A stretch of DNA of 64,000 bases from the human T2T-CHM13v2.0 reference genome, Homo sapiens, in the NCBI RefSeq assembly GCF_009914755.1, contig NC_060936.1; one strand, written 5' to 3'. The notes beneath the pieces are model-generated. The model searched no databases, was not told where the DNA came from, and saw nothing but the letters and a program-made list of their open reading frames with translations. The stretch's first letter is position 1. Each line of letters starts with the position of its first letter. The translations under genes and the position numbers were made by a program. Shown here one piece after another: positions 1 through 10,935 of this stretch.

Positions 1-1181
1 CAGTGTTCCATCTGCTATTCTACTACTCCTCAGGGATTATTCAGGCCCCTTCCCTTCCCTACACATCAAGCTCGAGGATTTGCCCCACCCAGGACTGGCA
101 AATTAGCTTTACTTAACATGCCCTGAGTCAGATAACAAAAATACCTCATAGTCTAGGTAGATACTTTCACTGGATAGGTAGAGGCCTTTCCTACAGGGTC
201 TGAGAAGGCCACCCCAGTCATTTCCTTCCCTTCTGTCAGACATAATTCCTCAGTTTAGCCTTCCCACCTCAATACAGTCTGATAACAGACGAGCCTTTAT
301 TAGTCAAATCAGCCAAGCAGTTTTTCAGGCTCTTAGTATTCAGTGAAACCTTTATATCCCTTACAGTCCTCCGCCTTCAAGAAAAGTAGAATGGACTAAA
401 GGTCTTTTAAAAACACACCTCACCAAGCTCAGCCACCAACTTAAAAAGGACTGGACAATACTTTTACCACTTTCCCTTCTCAGAATTCAGGCCTGTCCTC
501 TGAATGCTACAGGGTACAGCCCATTTAAGCTCCTGTATAGACGCTCCTTTTTATTAGGCCCCAGTCTCATTCCAGACACCAGACCAACTTAGACTGTGCC
601 CCCAAAAAACTTGTCATCCCTACTATCTTCTGTCTAGTCATACTCCTATTCACCGTTCTCAACTACTCATATATGCCCTGCTCTTGTTTACACTGCCAGT
701 TTACACTGTTTTTCCAGGCCATCACAGCTGATATCTCCTAGTGCTATCCCCAAACTTCCACTCTTAACTCTTGAAGTAAATAAATAATCTTTGCTGGCAG
801 GACTATCCTGAATCTCCTTAGGCACTCTCTAATCAGATGTCCTGAGTCATCCCAATTCCTAGAACTTTTATACCTGTTTTTCTCCTTCTGTTATTCCATT
901 TAGTTTCTCAATTCATCCAAAACCGTATCCAGGCCATCACCAATCATTCTATATGACAAATGTTTCTTCTAACATCCCCACAATATCACCCCTTACCATA
1001 AGACCTCCCTTCAGCTTAACCTCTCCCACTCTAGGTTCCCACGCCGCCCCTAATCCCGCTTGAAGCAGCCCTGAGAAACATAGCCCATTCTCTCTCCATA
1101 CCACCCCCCAAAAATTTTCGCCACCCCAACACTTCAACACTATTTTGTTTTATTTTTCTTATTAATATAAGAAGGCAGGAA
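1..1181 (+). mobile_element. HERV-H internal region, 3' part (integrase remnant and deleted env region); provirus continues left of the window
   Basis: Integrase-like motifs DWQI, VDTFTG*VEAFPT, QSDN, KVE; polypurine tract AAGAAGGCAGGAA (1169-1181) directly before the LTR7 start TGTCAGGCC. Confidence 0.95.
88..600 (+). pseudogene. pol: HERV-H pol integrase remnant (D,D-35-E core recognisable, several stops and frameshifts)
   Basis: Asp codons at 160-162 (VDTF) and 281-283 (SDN), Glu at 389-391 (KVE), 35 residues between the second D and E; in-frame stops at 154-156, 175-177 and 344-346. Confidence 0.85.
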
Positions 1182-1624
1182 TGTCAGGCCTCTGAGCCCA
1201 AGCCAAGCCATCTCATCCCCTGTGACAGGCCCACATGGCCTGAAGTAACTGAAGAATCACAAAAGAAGTGAATATGCCCTGCCCCACCTTAACTGATGAC
1301 ATTCCACCACAAAAGAAGTGTAAATGGCTGGTCCTTGCCTTAAGTGATGACATTACCTTGTGAAAGTCCTTTTCCTAGCTCATCCTGGCTCAAAAAGCAC
1401 CCCCACTGTGCACCTTGCAACCCCCACTCCTGCCCGCCAGAGAACAAACCCCCTTTGACTGTAATTTTCCTTTACCTATCCAAATCCTATAAAACAGCCC
1501 CACCCTTATCTCCCTTCGCTGACTCTCTTTTCAGACTCAGCCCACCTGCACCCAGGTGAAATGAACAGCTTTATTGCTCACACAAAGCCTGTTTGGTGGT
1601 CTCTTCACATGGATGTGCATGAAA
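1182..1624 (+). mobile_element. LTR7, 3' LTR of HERV-H (probably LTR7up type)
   Basis: Starts TGTCAGGCCTCTGAGCCCAAGCCAAGCCA, ends GGTGGTCTCTTCACATGGATGTGCATGAAA; two 50-bp U3 repeats (1258-1307, 1308-1357); 443 bp; next 5 bases CTAGC are the expected right TSD. Confidence 0.95.
1488..1494 (+). promoter_or_regulatory. LTR7 TATA box
   Basis: TATAAAA in the usual LTR7 context CAAATCCTATAAAAC. Confidence 0.8.
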
Positions 1625-3130
1625 CTAGCAACACATAAACTCTGGTTTAGAAGAAGTAAAAATGTACTGCTGATATGAGAGAATATGCTATATTTCATTT
1701 ATCATAATACATGTGGTAATAAGCTGTACAGATCTGCACAGCTAATCTACTTAATATAATTTTTTAGTCTTGAGAAACACAAATTGTTTTGCTCATCAGT
1801 TCAATTTCTAATCTATGTTTAAGTTCATTACATAAAATTCATGGATTTATACCAGCATTCTAAGCAAACAGAGTTTGTGGCATTGGAAAAAAAGGATTCT
1901 GTGATTGTTTAAGTGAATTATGTTATAAATGCAAAGAGAAGATAAAATATTTTTTAAAAAAATTTCTAAAATATATATCTATATATATTTTCCCTTTTTT
2001 TTCTGAACCTTTTTTTTGCTGAACCTTTCTATAGTACAGAAATATCATGCAAAAAAGTTCATTCTCAGTCAAGGTTTAAAATAATTTTCTTAAACAGAAA
2101 ATCCACTTAATATTCATCTAAATTTCTTTCCATAGAGAAGATTTTTGTATATACAAAGTATAATTACGATATATTATTCAAACCTACACTGTAAATGAAT
2201 AAGAGATATGTAGCAAAAGAAAATGTGCTTTGAGTCCTTTACATATTATCATTGAAGCAGAGTAATAAGATCATATTTTCTGTTAGGAGTATTATCAAGA
2301 TGGTGCCTTCTCTCCTATATTATTATTACTATTATTATTATTATTATGTTATAATATTGGGTTACTTTAATAATATAGTGGAGAAGATTTAGCCATATCA
2401 GTGTAAAATAACATTATACAGTAGAGATAAAAATAAAGGCTTTGAATTTAAGAATTTTATGTTAAAATTAAAATGATTTAACACAAAATTCTTCAAAAAT
2501 CATACAAGTTATTTCCATTTTTTGATTTAGAGGTCATTTTTATTTGAAATAGCAATGCATTCACTCTATTGCTGAAATGATAGTTTATTGTAGGCAAAAA
2601 TAAAATAAATTAATTTAATAGGATTTTAACTTAACTTTTTCCTCTCCAGGATCTTTATACTTTACTTCTTATTTCTTTTTTTTTAACTGATACCCTTGCT
2701 TCTTGATATCACAGCCTCACAACCTTATTCACCTCAGCAGGGAGCATCACATAAAAGAGATGCTTGAAAGGGTAATGGCATTCACTGCATTGCTAATCTA
2801 TTCTTTCAACCACTGATTAGCATTGAAATTGATTTTGAACTCCTTGTGACTAAAATGACATTAATTTAGCATTTGCTGTTAGAAACATAGCACTTATTTC
2901 ATGTTAGCAGGTGACACATGATTAATTTGATAACTTGATGGTTCCAACTCTTTACAAGCATCAGAAATGTTAGCCGAGAAGAGCTCTGTGAGAGAAAAGT
3001 AACTATAAATGTCTTTGAATACCAAAGACTGAAAAGTCCTCCTTCTGTAGAAAGTATTTGGACTAGGTAGTTTCTGTGAATGCTGTGTATGCATTCGACA
3101 CTCGAATTCTCATCAGCATCTCTGTGATAA

Positions 3131-3256
3131 CTCAGAGGTTCTCAATTCTAGCTCAGTGTTAGAATCACCTAAAGAACTTTAAAAATATTGGTACCTTGAT
3201 CCCAATCCCAGAGGTCCTGATTTATTTGGTGAGGTATGGTGTCAAGGCACATCAGT
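3131..3256. mobile_element. MER5A-like hAT MITE fragment (other end probably near 3641-3651)
   Basis: CAGAGGTTCTCAA...TTAGAATCACCT...CCCAGAGGTCCTGATTTATTTGGT resembles MER5; TGAGAACCAGTG at 3641-3652 resembles the opposite terminus. Confidence 0.55.
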
Positions 3257-3294
3257 ACATGCCTTGACACCAAAGCTCACCAAACAAATATATA

Positions 3295-3621
3295 TAGTTG
3301 TATACCATATATAATATATAGTGTACAACATGATGTTTTGAAATGTACCTACACTGTAAAATGACATAATCAAGCTAATTAACATACACATTACCTCACG
3401 TACTTATTGTTTGTCATTAGAAAACAAAAATCTCTCTTAGCAATTTTCAGATTCAAATACATTATTACTAACTATAGTCAATATGTTGTACCATAAATGT
3501 CTAGAATTTATTTATCCCATCTAACTGAAATTTTACATATTTTGACCAACATCTTCCCAACCTCTCATCCTCTAAGTCCCTGGAAACCATTCTACTCTCT
3601 TCTTCTATGAGTTCAACATTT
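3295..3621 (-). mobile_element. L1MA-type 3' UTR fragment
   Basis: GTGTACAACATGATGTTTTGA...CAAGCTAATTAACATA...CCATTCTACTCTC...TTCTATGAGTTCAAC is the reverse complement of an L1MA 3' end. Confidence 0.75.
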
Positions 3622-3660
3622 TCTACCTAGAAGCCTCTGATGAGAACCAGTGATTAAATA

Positions 3661-3826
3661 TTTAGTTTAAATTTCAACTATTATTGTAGATACAATGGGT
3701 ACATATGTAGGTCTGTTACTTAAGAACATTTTGTGATACTGGTGTTTGGGGGTACACAGCCATAAAAAATGAAATAGTGCCTTTTGCAGTAACATGGTTG
3801 GAACTGCAGGCCATGATCCTTAGTGA
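3661..3826 (-). mobile_element. Short 5'-inverted L1 (L1PB/old L1PA type): minus-strand 3' end joined to a plus-strand piece
   Basis: 3661-3755 is a reverse-complemented L1 3' terminus; 3756-3826 (ACAGCCATAAAAAATGAAATAGTGCCTTTTGCAGTAACATGG...) is sense-strand L1; TGAGAACCA at 3641-3649 and 3824-3832. Confidence 0.6.
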
Positions 3827-4070
3827 GAACCAATTTTAACTCAGTCTTCAAGTACCCACACTGATGTATGCCTCTTATCATGGACTTGCCCATGTATGTT
3901 CCAAAACTGTCTATAAATAGTAAGTATAAATATTAAGTATTTTTTTCTGGCTCTCATATAGGAATTTGTGCAAGTGAAAAGGACAGTAATATTTCCCTTT
4001 TAATACATGTAAGACAAATTGTGCTTCATTTTAATGTCAAATGTTTTCAACACTTTTCAGTAAAATAATC

Positions 4071-4278
4071 TTTTTATTATACTTCAAGTTTTAGGGTACA
4101 TGTTCACAACGTGCAGGTTAGTTACATATGTATACATGTGCCATGTTGGTGTGCTGCACCCATTAACTTGTCATTTAACATTAGGTATATCTCCTAAAGC
4201 TATCTCTCCCCACTCTCCCCACCCCACAACAGGCCCCGGTATGTAATGTTCCCCTTCCTGTGTCCATGTGTTCTCATT
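4071..4278 (-). mobile_element. 5'-truncated L1PA3-5 type 3' end
   Basis: TTATTATACTTCAAGTTTTAGGGTACATG...CATTAGGTATATCTCCTAA...GTGTTCTCATT; near-identical to the reverse complement of 33165-33370. Confidence 0.9.
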
Positions 4279-4490
4279 TTTAATCACACAGGGAAAATGT
4301 TGGTATAATTTATTTTTAAATCTCCAAAATATTTTTACAGGATAGAACCATATTAAAAATAAAATTTAAAATATAAACTATCTTAGTCTATGTGTTAGAA
4401 TGAAATATTCATTCCCACTATTTCATCCCATTGCTCTTTACGATTATTCATTTTTGTTAGAAATAATAAAATATTCAACAGAAAGAAAAT

Positions 4491-4496
4491 CAGTCT

Positions 4497-4537
<41 letters not shown>

Positions 4538-4574
4538 CAAAAAAAAAAAACCACTGTCTTTCTAAAAAAAAAAA
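4491..4574 (+). repeat. Poly(A) tract A35-CCC-A12 with duplicated GTCTTTCT-A(n) unit
   Basis: A35 at 4501-4535, A12 at 4539-4550, A11 at 4564-4574; CAGTCTTTCT (4491-4500) and CTGTCTTTCT (4554-4563). Confidence 0.95.
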
Positions 4575-5259
4575 TTGGCCTAGATAGAGGATCAGGATTC
4601 TAGGGATGACTCTGCAGCTCACTTGCTGTAAGATTTAGGTAAACTTTTAATCCTGCTTCTCTTCACTTTCATAAAACATTAGGCTTGCAATAAGCTAATT
4701 CTAATATTCTTTTGAGGCATTTACTACCCCCAAATTCATTTCTCATACTACAGGAAAATTAAACTACTCACTTCGGATCTATTGTCAAACCACATTTAGT
4801 TTGATTGGCACTACAAAGGCACTGCAAAAATACTTGTGAAATAAATGAATGACTGTTTCCCTTACTTTACTGAATATTTTACTTTAAACCCTACATATTT
4901 TTCAAAAAATAAGGTTTTATCTTTAGCTTCTGCAATGTTGCTTTGCAGGATCCTTAATCAAACCCAATCTCACAAATATGTCAGTAATACAACTATCAAA
5001 CTAATTTTTATTTATATTACCAATTAATAACAACAACAATGCTGACTTCTCCTTACATAGGACCTGATGCTTTTAACATGCATTCATGTGTGTATATATC
5101 TTGCCATGATTCTTACATGGTGTGGTGTTCAAGGGCAGTATCATGATCTCGTGTAACACATGAGGAAACAGTTTTTTTTTTGGAAGCTGAAAAGTGATAG
5201 AACATCTCATTTAAGGCTGTATTTCTCTTAATTATATTGCCGGCATTTGAATACAGATA

Positions 5260-5490
5260 TTGTGCACAGATTCTAAAATGGATCCCAATGATAACCATAC
5301 CTTTGTGTAACCCGCTTCACTTCTGTGTACACCAGATCTGCCGGCTTGCTTCTAATAAACAGAATACCACAAATGTGATGAAATGTCACTTCAGAAATTG
5401 GGTGATAAACAACTTTGAGCTACCTCACTTTCTTTCTCTCTCTTTTTTTTTCTCTCTCTCACTTCTCTCAGGACTTGCTCTGAGAGAATA
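5260..5490 (+). mobile_element. MaLR LTR fragment (MLT1F/G-like)
   Basis: ATTCTAAAATGGATCCCAATGA...GCTTGCTTCTAATAAACAGAATA...GTGATGAAATGTCACTTC resembles the 5' half of MLT1. Confidence 0.6.
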
Positions 5491-5871
5491 TCAATAGGTG
5501 TTCATCTTGAAAATAAAATTAAGAAGACTGAAATGTTACCTTACCATAAAATGATTATTCTGACAATGCTTTTGCCACATTCGAGGTGAAAATCATGACA
5601 AGCGTCTATGGTACTGCCATTTTAAAATAGTAAACTAGTAAAAAAATAATGAATGAATCTCACAGAACAACTTGAGGACCACAAAAATAAAAATGTGATG
5701 ATTAAAGTCTCAGGAAGATAAACACATAAGATACATTTCACTAAAGTCGAAGAAAAATAAAATTCAAGAAAAATCTCTAAGGTATGACATGACTTTTAAA
5801 AGTTGCTATAAAAGAAAGAATACAAAACAAGTACATATGCCATTAAATATTTGGTTGTTCTCCAAAAAGTC

Positions 5872-5896
5872 TGTGTGTGTGTGTGTGTGTGTGTGT
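5872..5896. repeat. (TG)n microsatellite
   Basis: About 12 TG units. Confidence 0.95.
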
Positions 5897-7279
5897 AAAT
5901 AAACATATACCAGAAAATAGCCTTCTACTTGCCCACAGTATGGTGCAATACACAGTACACCACAGCAGGAGTTTGTCATGGTACCTCTATGATTTGAAAC
6001 TTTATCATAAAAACACATGACTGATGTAGAACTTACAGTTAAAGATGCCATTCTATAAATAGAAATACACATTGCTTCCTGGTGAAGAGTTTATACACTA
6101 AGGCCAAATTACATGTTTGGGATACTGACAGCCTTGTTTAGCATTTGGAACATAAAGTATATAAACACGTTAGTTGAATGAAAGAAAAAATAATTTCTCC
6201 AGTAGCAGATGTACTGATATGTATCTTGATCATGTCACAGAGCTTGGCCCTAAAGAGCTGTGATCTTAACCTTCTTGTCTATAATGACTCAATATATGTT
6301 CCTGGATTACTATCTTTTTAAAACATCAAAAAGATCATGGGAAAAATTTCAAAGTAAGAGAAAAAGATGGAGTCTATAAAACACATATTTTCTTGATATG
6401 GGGTGAGATAAATGAAATTGTAGAAATATTTCCAAAATACTTGGGGTGAAAGGGGGATGAGCTTAATGGAATATTTAAAAAATATTAGAAGAAATAAATG
6501 TTGAAAGATGAATACATGAAAGTTGTGCGAATGCTGAACTTAAAGACTATTAATCAATAAAATATAAATACAAATAAAACAATTCAATATTAGATTGTGA
6601 AAGCAAGAGGTACCTATGAAAACAAATATAATTGTTGAATACTGAGACTAGAGAACCTGGGAGGTCACTAAGCTTTGATTTGTAAGCAAACACTCCCTTA
6701 AGAGCTTAACTTCGTTCAAGTGTTATCATTTCATTAAAATCTTGAAATAATCTTTCCATTTGATTTGAGATTCTGAAAAATAAAATTTTAATGTTTTTTC
6801 CTGTGGTTGTTTTTAACAAGTATTTTTTAACATAAAGTTGAACTTAACATATTTCCTATTTTTGTTGGACTTGTAGTCCTGATAGAGAAGTTTTCTCCCT
6901 CCCTAGTTAGAAATTCACTCACAGCTTCTTTTAATAGCTTTTTTTTGTTTGTTTTACTTGGTACATTTACATAATTAATCCAAAAAAAGATAAATTTGGA
7001 AGTTAACTCGTTGCATATGGCAGGATAAAACTTCTCTTTTAGTATTGCTTCTTCACTTTTTAGTTTTCTGTTTGTATCAGTGAATGTTATTTTAGTGTGT
7101 TGATTGTGAAATCAGCCACTTTCTTATTTGGATTGTGAAAGTGATTTTTGGGGAAGATTCCTAGATGTATATTCAGGTTATATTTAAATAAAGTTTATGT
7201 TATGTTTTTCTTTCCAATTTCAATGATTTTGTCTCACCTAATTGATGTGGCTAGTATTTTCAAATTGATGTGGCTAAAA

Positions 7280-7783
7280 TGACAAAGGGTCTGATATTTT
7301 AACTACTTGCCAACTAACAAATTAGAATGCCACAGTTCCAACTTTGCTAATAGACAACATGAGACTCCTGGGTCAAATACAAAGGATTTTATTATTTACA
7401 CCAAAGCAGACAGAAGGGGCTTCATATTTCTATTGGTTCTTGTTCTCCAAGTTCCACACGGGTGATTTGGAGCAGCCTACAATGTTCCGCATGGGTGATT
7501 TGGAGCAGCCACAATGCTTTGTGTCACAAATGACGAACTCTCAACTTGGGACATCCCCAACCTTACAAGGAGAAAACAAACAATCCTGTCCAACCTTTAT
7601 TCCAGGATAAGATGTATATATTATCTTTATTATTCTGGTCAGTGAACAAGTCTACCCTCTGCTCTGTAGGGTGACATTATTCCTGCTTCCAAACTGTTTA
7701 TCATAGAAACACACTTGAGAATATATTCTGGAAAAAAATTAATACAGACCTTTAGAGATACCATGAAGAATTTTCTCCCAACA
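7280..7783 (-). mobile_element. Solo ERVL-type LTR (MER54/MER74/LTR53-like)
   Basis: TG...CA termini, about 500 bp; AAGGGTCTGATATTTTAACTACTTGC...GAGACTCCTGGGTCA...AAAGGATTTTATTA resembles this group; minus-strand AATAAA at 7388-7393. Confidence 0.55.
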
Positions 7784-8117
7784 TAATGTTAAGTAATAAT
7801 GAAGATAAGATAAATCCTTTTTTGTTCGTTTGTTTCTGATCAGGTGGAAAAGCTCTTAGCATGTATGCATTAAGTTAGTGTCTGGCTTTAGTGCTGAGAT
7901 ATATTAATTCTAACATGCTAAGGATACATTAACTGATACCAAATTATTGACTGTCTTTTTAACAGAATTGGGGGTAATATTTTGTCAAATGCCTTTTAAG
8001 AACCTACAGATATAATCATATGCTAATTTTATCTACCTATATTAATGTGTAATAATGGATAAATTAGTGGCTAAATGAAGATAATAATAGATTTACTAAT
8101 GTATGTCTATTATTATA

Positions 8118-8735
8118 AATTAGAGAAATAATTCTAAGATAATCCCCAATGACCTGTATCCATGTTTAATATCCTTGAGTGTAGGAATGACCTGTAACTT
8201 CGTTTTAGAATATAGCAAAGGGAAGATAATATTATTCCAATGATTACATTAAGTATCATAATATGGCAAAAATAAAGAGATACCAAAGATGCATTTAAGG
8301 TTCCTAGTCAGTTTACTTTCAGGTTAATCAAAAAAGAAATTGTACTGGATGAGTTTGACATAATCAGGTTAGCCATTTAAAAGAGGTCTAGATATCAGAC
8401 AGAAATCTGAGACTAGAAGAGTAGAAATGTTCTTCTGGCCATGAAGAAGCTAACAGCCTGGTTTGAACTCTCAATGGACAGAGACAGCTTCTTGGAACTG
8501 GGAACCTCGATTCTACAACTAAAGGAAGTGAAAAATGCCAACAATCCTGTGATCTTCGGAGGGCACCCAGGACTTCAGATGAGACACCATGATTGCTGCC
8601 TTGGAAGACCCTGCCAGAAGAATCGGTTAAGGTATGCTTGAACTTCTGAGCTGTAAAACTGTGAGATAATGAAGTAAATTGTTTCAAGATGCTAAGCTTG
8701 AGATAATTTGTTATGCAGCAATATAAATCAATACA
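8118..8735 (+). mobile_element. MaLR LTR (MLT1E-like) within a degraded old L1 ORF2 fragment (about 7820-8900, minus)
   Basis: CCCCAATGACC...GTTAATCAAAAAAGAAATT...AACTGTGAGATAAT...TTGTTATGCAGCAATATAAATCAATACA, a typical MLT1 3' terminus. Confidence 0.7.
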
Positions 8736-9901
8736 TTTTGTAGTAAATGCACTAGATTTATTAATGGATATAATGCATTCCAATGAATTCCGAGATGAAC
8801 CCTATTTTAAAGTATTTTTAACGATGTCATTGCCTTTGGTTTGGTAATATTTTATTTAAGACTTTTATATTCATTAGTGAGTTTGCGATGTAGTGCTTTT
8901 TAAGTATGTAGCATTCTTATATTGCAGATGACTAGAATTCACAATAAATTTGATAAGCATTGTATGTTAAAAATATATTCATTTTACCCTGACACTTGAA
9001 TGTTCATTTAGTCATTGACATTTAGGGTTCAAAATTAATAAGAAGGCAGGTGGCGGTTATTTTTTCTGTTTTCTTTATGAATGCATTTCAAGCAGCTGGG
9101 ACCGTGATTAAAAAATTATGGTTGGTCCATTAAATTTCTTGATGAATGAAAAAGTAATTATTTCATCATTGCTTTTTATAAGTCAGTATTGTGCATGAGC
9201 TGGCCATAGATAACTTTATTCCCATACTTTCATTGATTCTCCACTTACCATATATGCATGTATATATGTATTTGCTTATTCATTTGTTCATTTTTATTAT
9301 TATTTGTTGCTGTTGGCATTGAAATGTTTACAGTCGTATGCCTAGGTCTTTATATTCATCCTGTTTATTACCTGGATGGTACACTCTAGATATCTTATTT
9401 ACTTATATCTGTTTTCAACTCTGGAAAAAGATTTTTTATTGTTTCTTTGGTAACATTTTTTCTTCTGTTCTTGTTGCAGCTAATCTTTATATCTTCTATT
9501 TTAACCTTCCTTTCTTATTTTTCTCTCATTGTCTTGCATTTACTACTTTTTAGTAAAAAAAAGAACAAAATTCAGGTTTGTAGGCTCATTATTTCTAATG
9601 TATTAATTCTGCTATTCAGCCCTTCTATTTAGTTTTGTTACTATGATTGTTAGACATATTTCAAGGAATTCTAATTGTCTCACTTTATCTTTGGTTTTAA
9701 CCATTTTCGTTTTTCAGATGAGATGTCCACCACATAAACAAATGTCATCTATAAATATTAATTCAACAATATATTTCAATACATTACATTTTAGGCTTTT
9801 CTATACCTTGAAGCTACTGAATTTCACTGGAAAAAAAGTCCTAACCTTTGCATTATGCAGTTTAGTTCTGTGTGGGAAGTTTTTTTAAAATGAAAGAAAT
9901 C

Positions 9902-9938
<37 letters not shown>
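9902..9938. repeat. (TG)n microsatellite
   Basis: About 16 TG units preceded by GTGC. Confidence 0.95.
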
Positions 9939-9939
<1 letters not shown>

Positions 9940-9984
9940 TACGTTTGAAAGGGGATGTTAAATTACTAAATGGTAACGAAAAAA

Positions 9985-10150
9985 ATAGAGCAGGTTAAGG
10001 AGATAAGGACTATAGTGGGCAGTAGGGGGTGCAACTTTATATAGAATGGTCAGAAAAGTCTTTGATTAGGTGACCCTTAAGCAGAGACGAGAGGTAGTGA
10101 AAGATGAAAGAGCAAGTCATGCAAAAACTAGAAAAAATTTTGGGGAAGGA
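9985..10150 (-). mobile_element. L2 fragment
   Basis: AGAGCAGG...TATAGAATGGTCAGAAAAGTCTT...GGTGACCCTTAAGCAGAGAC resembles antisense L2a. Confidence 0.55.
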
Positions 10151-10256
10151 AAAATGACTCTTTTATGAAAAGGCTCTTTTAGTGTATATAAGCATTAATG
10201 TTTACAAAAACTTACTCCTATATCTTCTACAGAAAATGTTATAGACATTTTTATTT

Positions 10257-10728
10257 TGTGCATCAGTTAGCTATTTCTGAGTAACAATTTACCCTAATAT
10301 AAAATGGCTTAAAATATCAGGTGTTTATTATTTTCACGAGTCTGTGTGTTAGCCAGGTTGGTCTACTGAAGTGGATGAAGCTCAGCTTATCTCTCCTAGA
10401 CTTACGTGTTTGAAATGAGCAAGTGGGTTAGCTGGAGGCCTGTTACCCTAAGATAGCTGCAATTAGGATGCTCCACCATGTAATTTATTGTCCTCCTCCA
10501 GTTTATCCTGTCTGGCTCTCAGGGTAGTGGAAGGTTCTGAAAACAGAGAGTGAAATGTGCAAATAATTTTCAAGATTTTGCTTGTATTAAAATTGCTACA
10601 GTCTCATTGTGCAAAGCAGGTTATACAGTTTAACAAAAAGTCAGAGTGAAAGTAGACTACAAAGTTATAAAAGAAAGGACATATACAGTGGGAACACTTA
10701 AACGGGGTAATTAGTGCAATCAATCAAT
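10257..10728 (-). mobile_element. MaLR LTR (MLT1H-like)
   Basis: TCAGTTAGCTATTTCTGAGTAACAA...TGGCTTAAAA...TTTATTATTTTCACGAGTCTGTG is the reverse complement of an MLT1 3' end. Confidence 0.6.
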
Positions 10729-10935
10729 GTTGATTTAACATAAATCAATAAATTATTACTCTGAGAATTTGAATTATGTTCAATTACCATTTATTTATGG
10801 TTGTAGGCTTTGTATCTCAAAGGGTTTGTTAACTCATATGTAGCTGCTATTTCTGTATATCATAGTCAAACTCAGTTAGTTCTAGAGAAAGCATGCTGCC
10901 CTGTAATATAAATCAATTCTACATCTTCTTAAATG

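Noticed and set aside
4395-4622. Poly-Lys and poly-Phe ORFs
   Set aside because: Translations of the A35/A12 runs; no coding signal.
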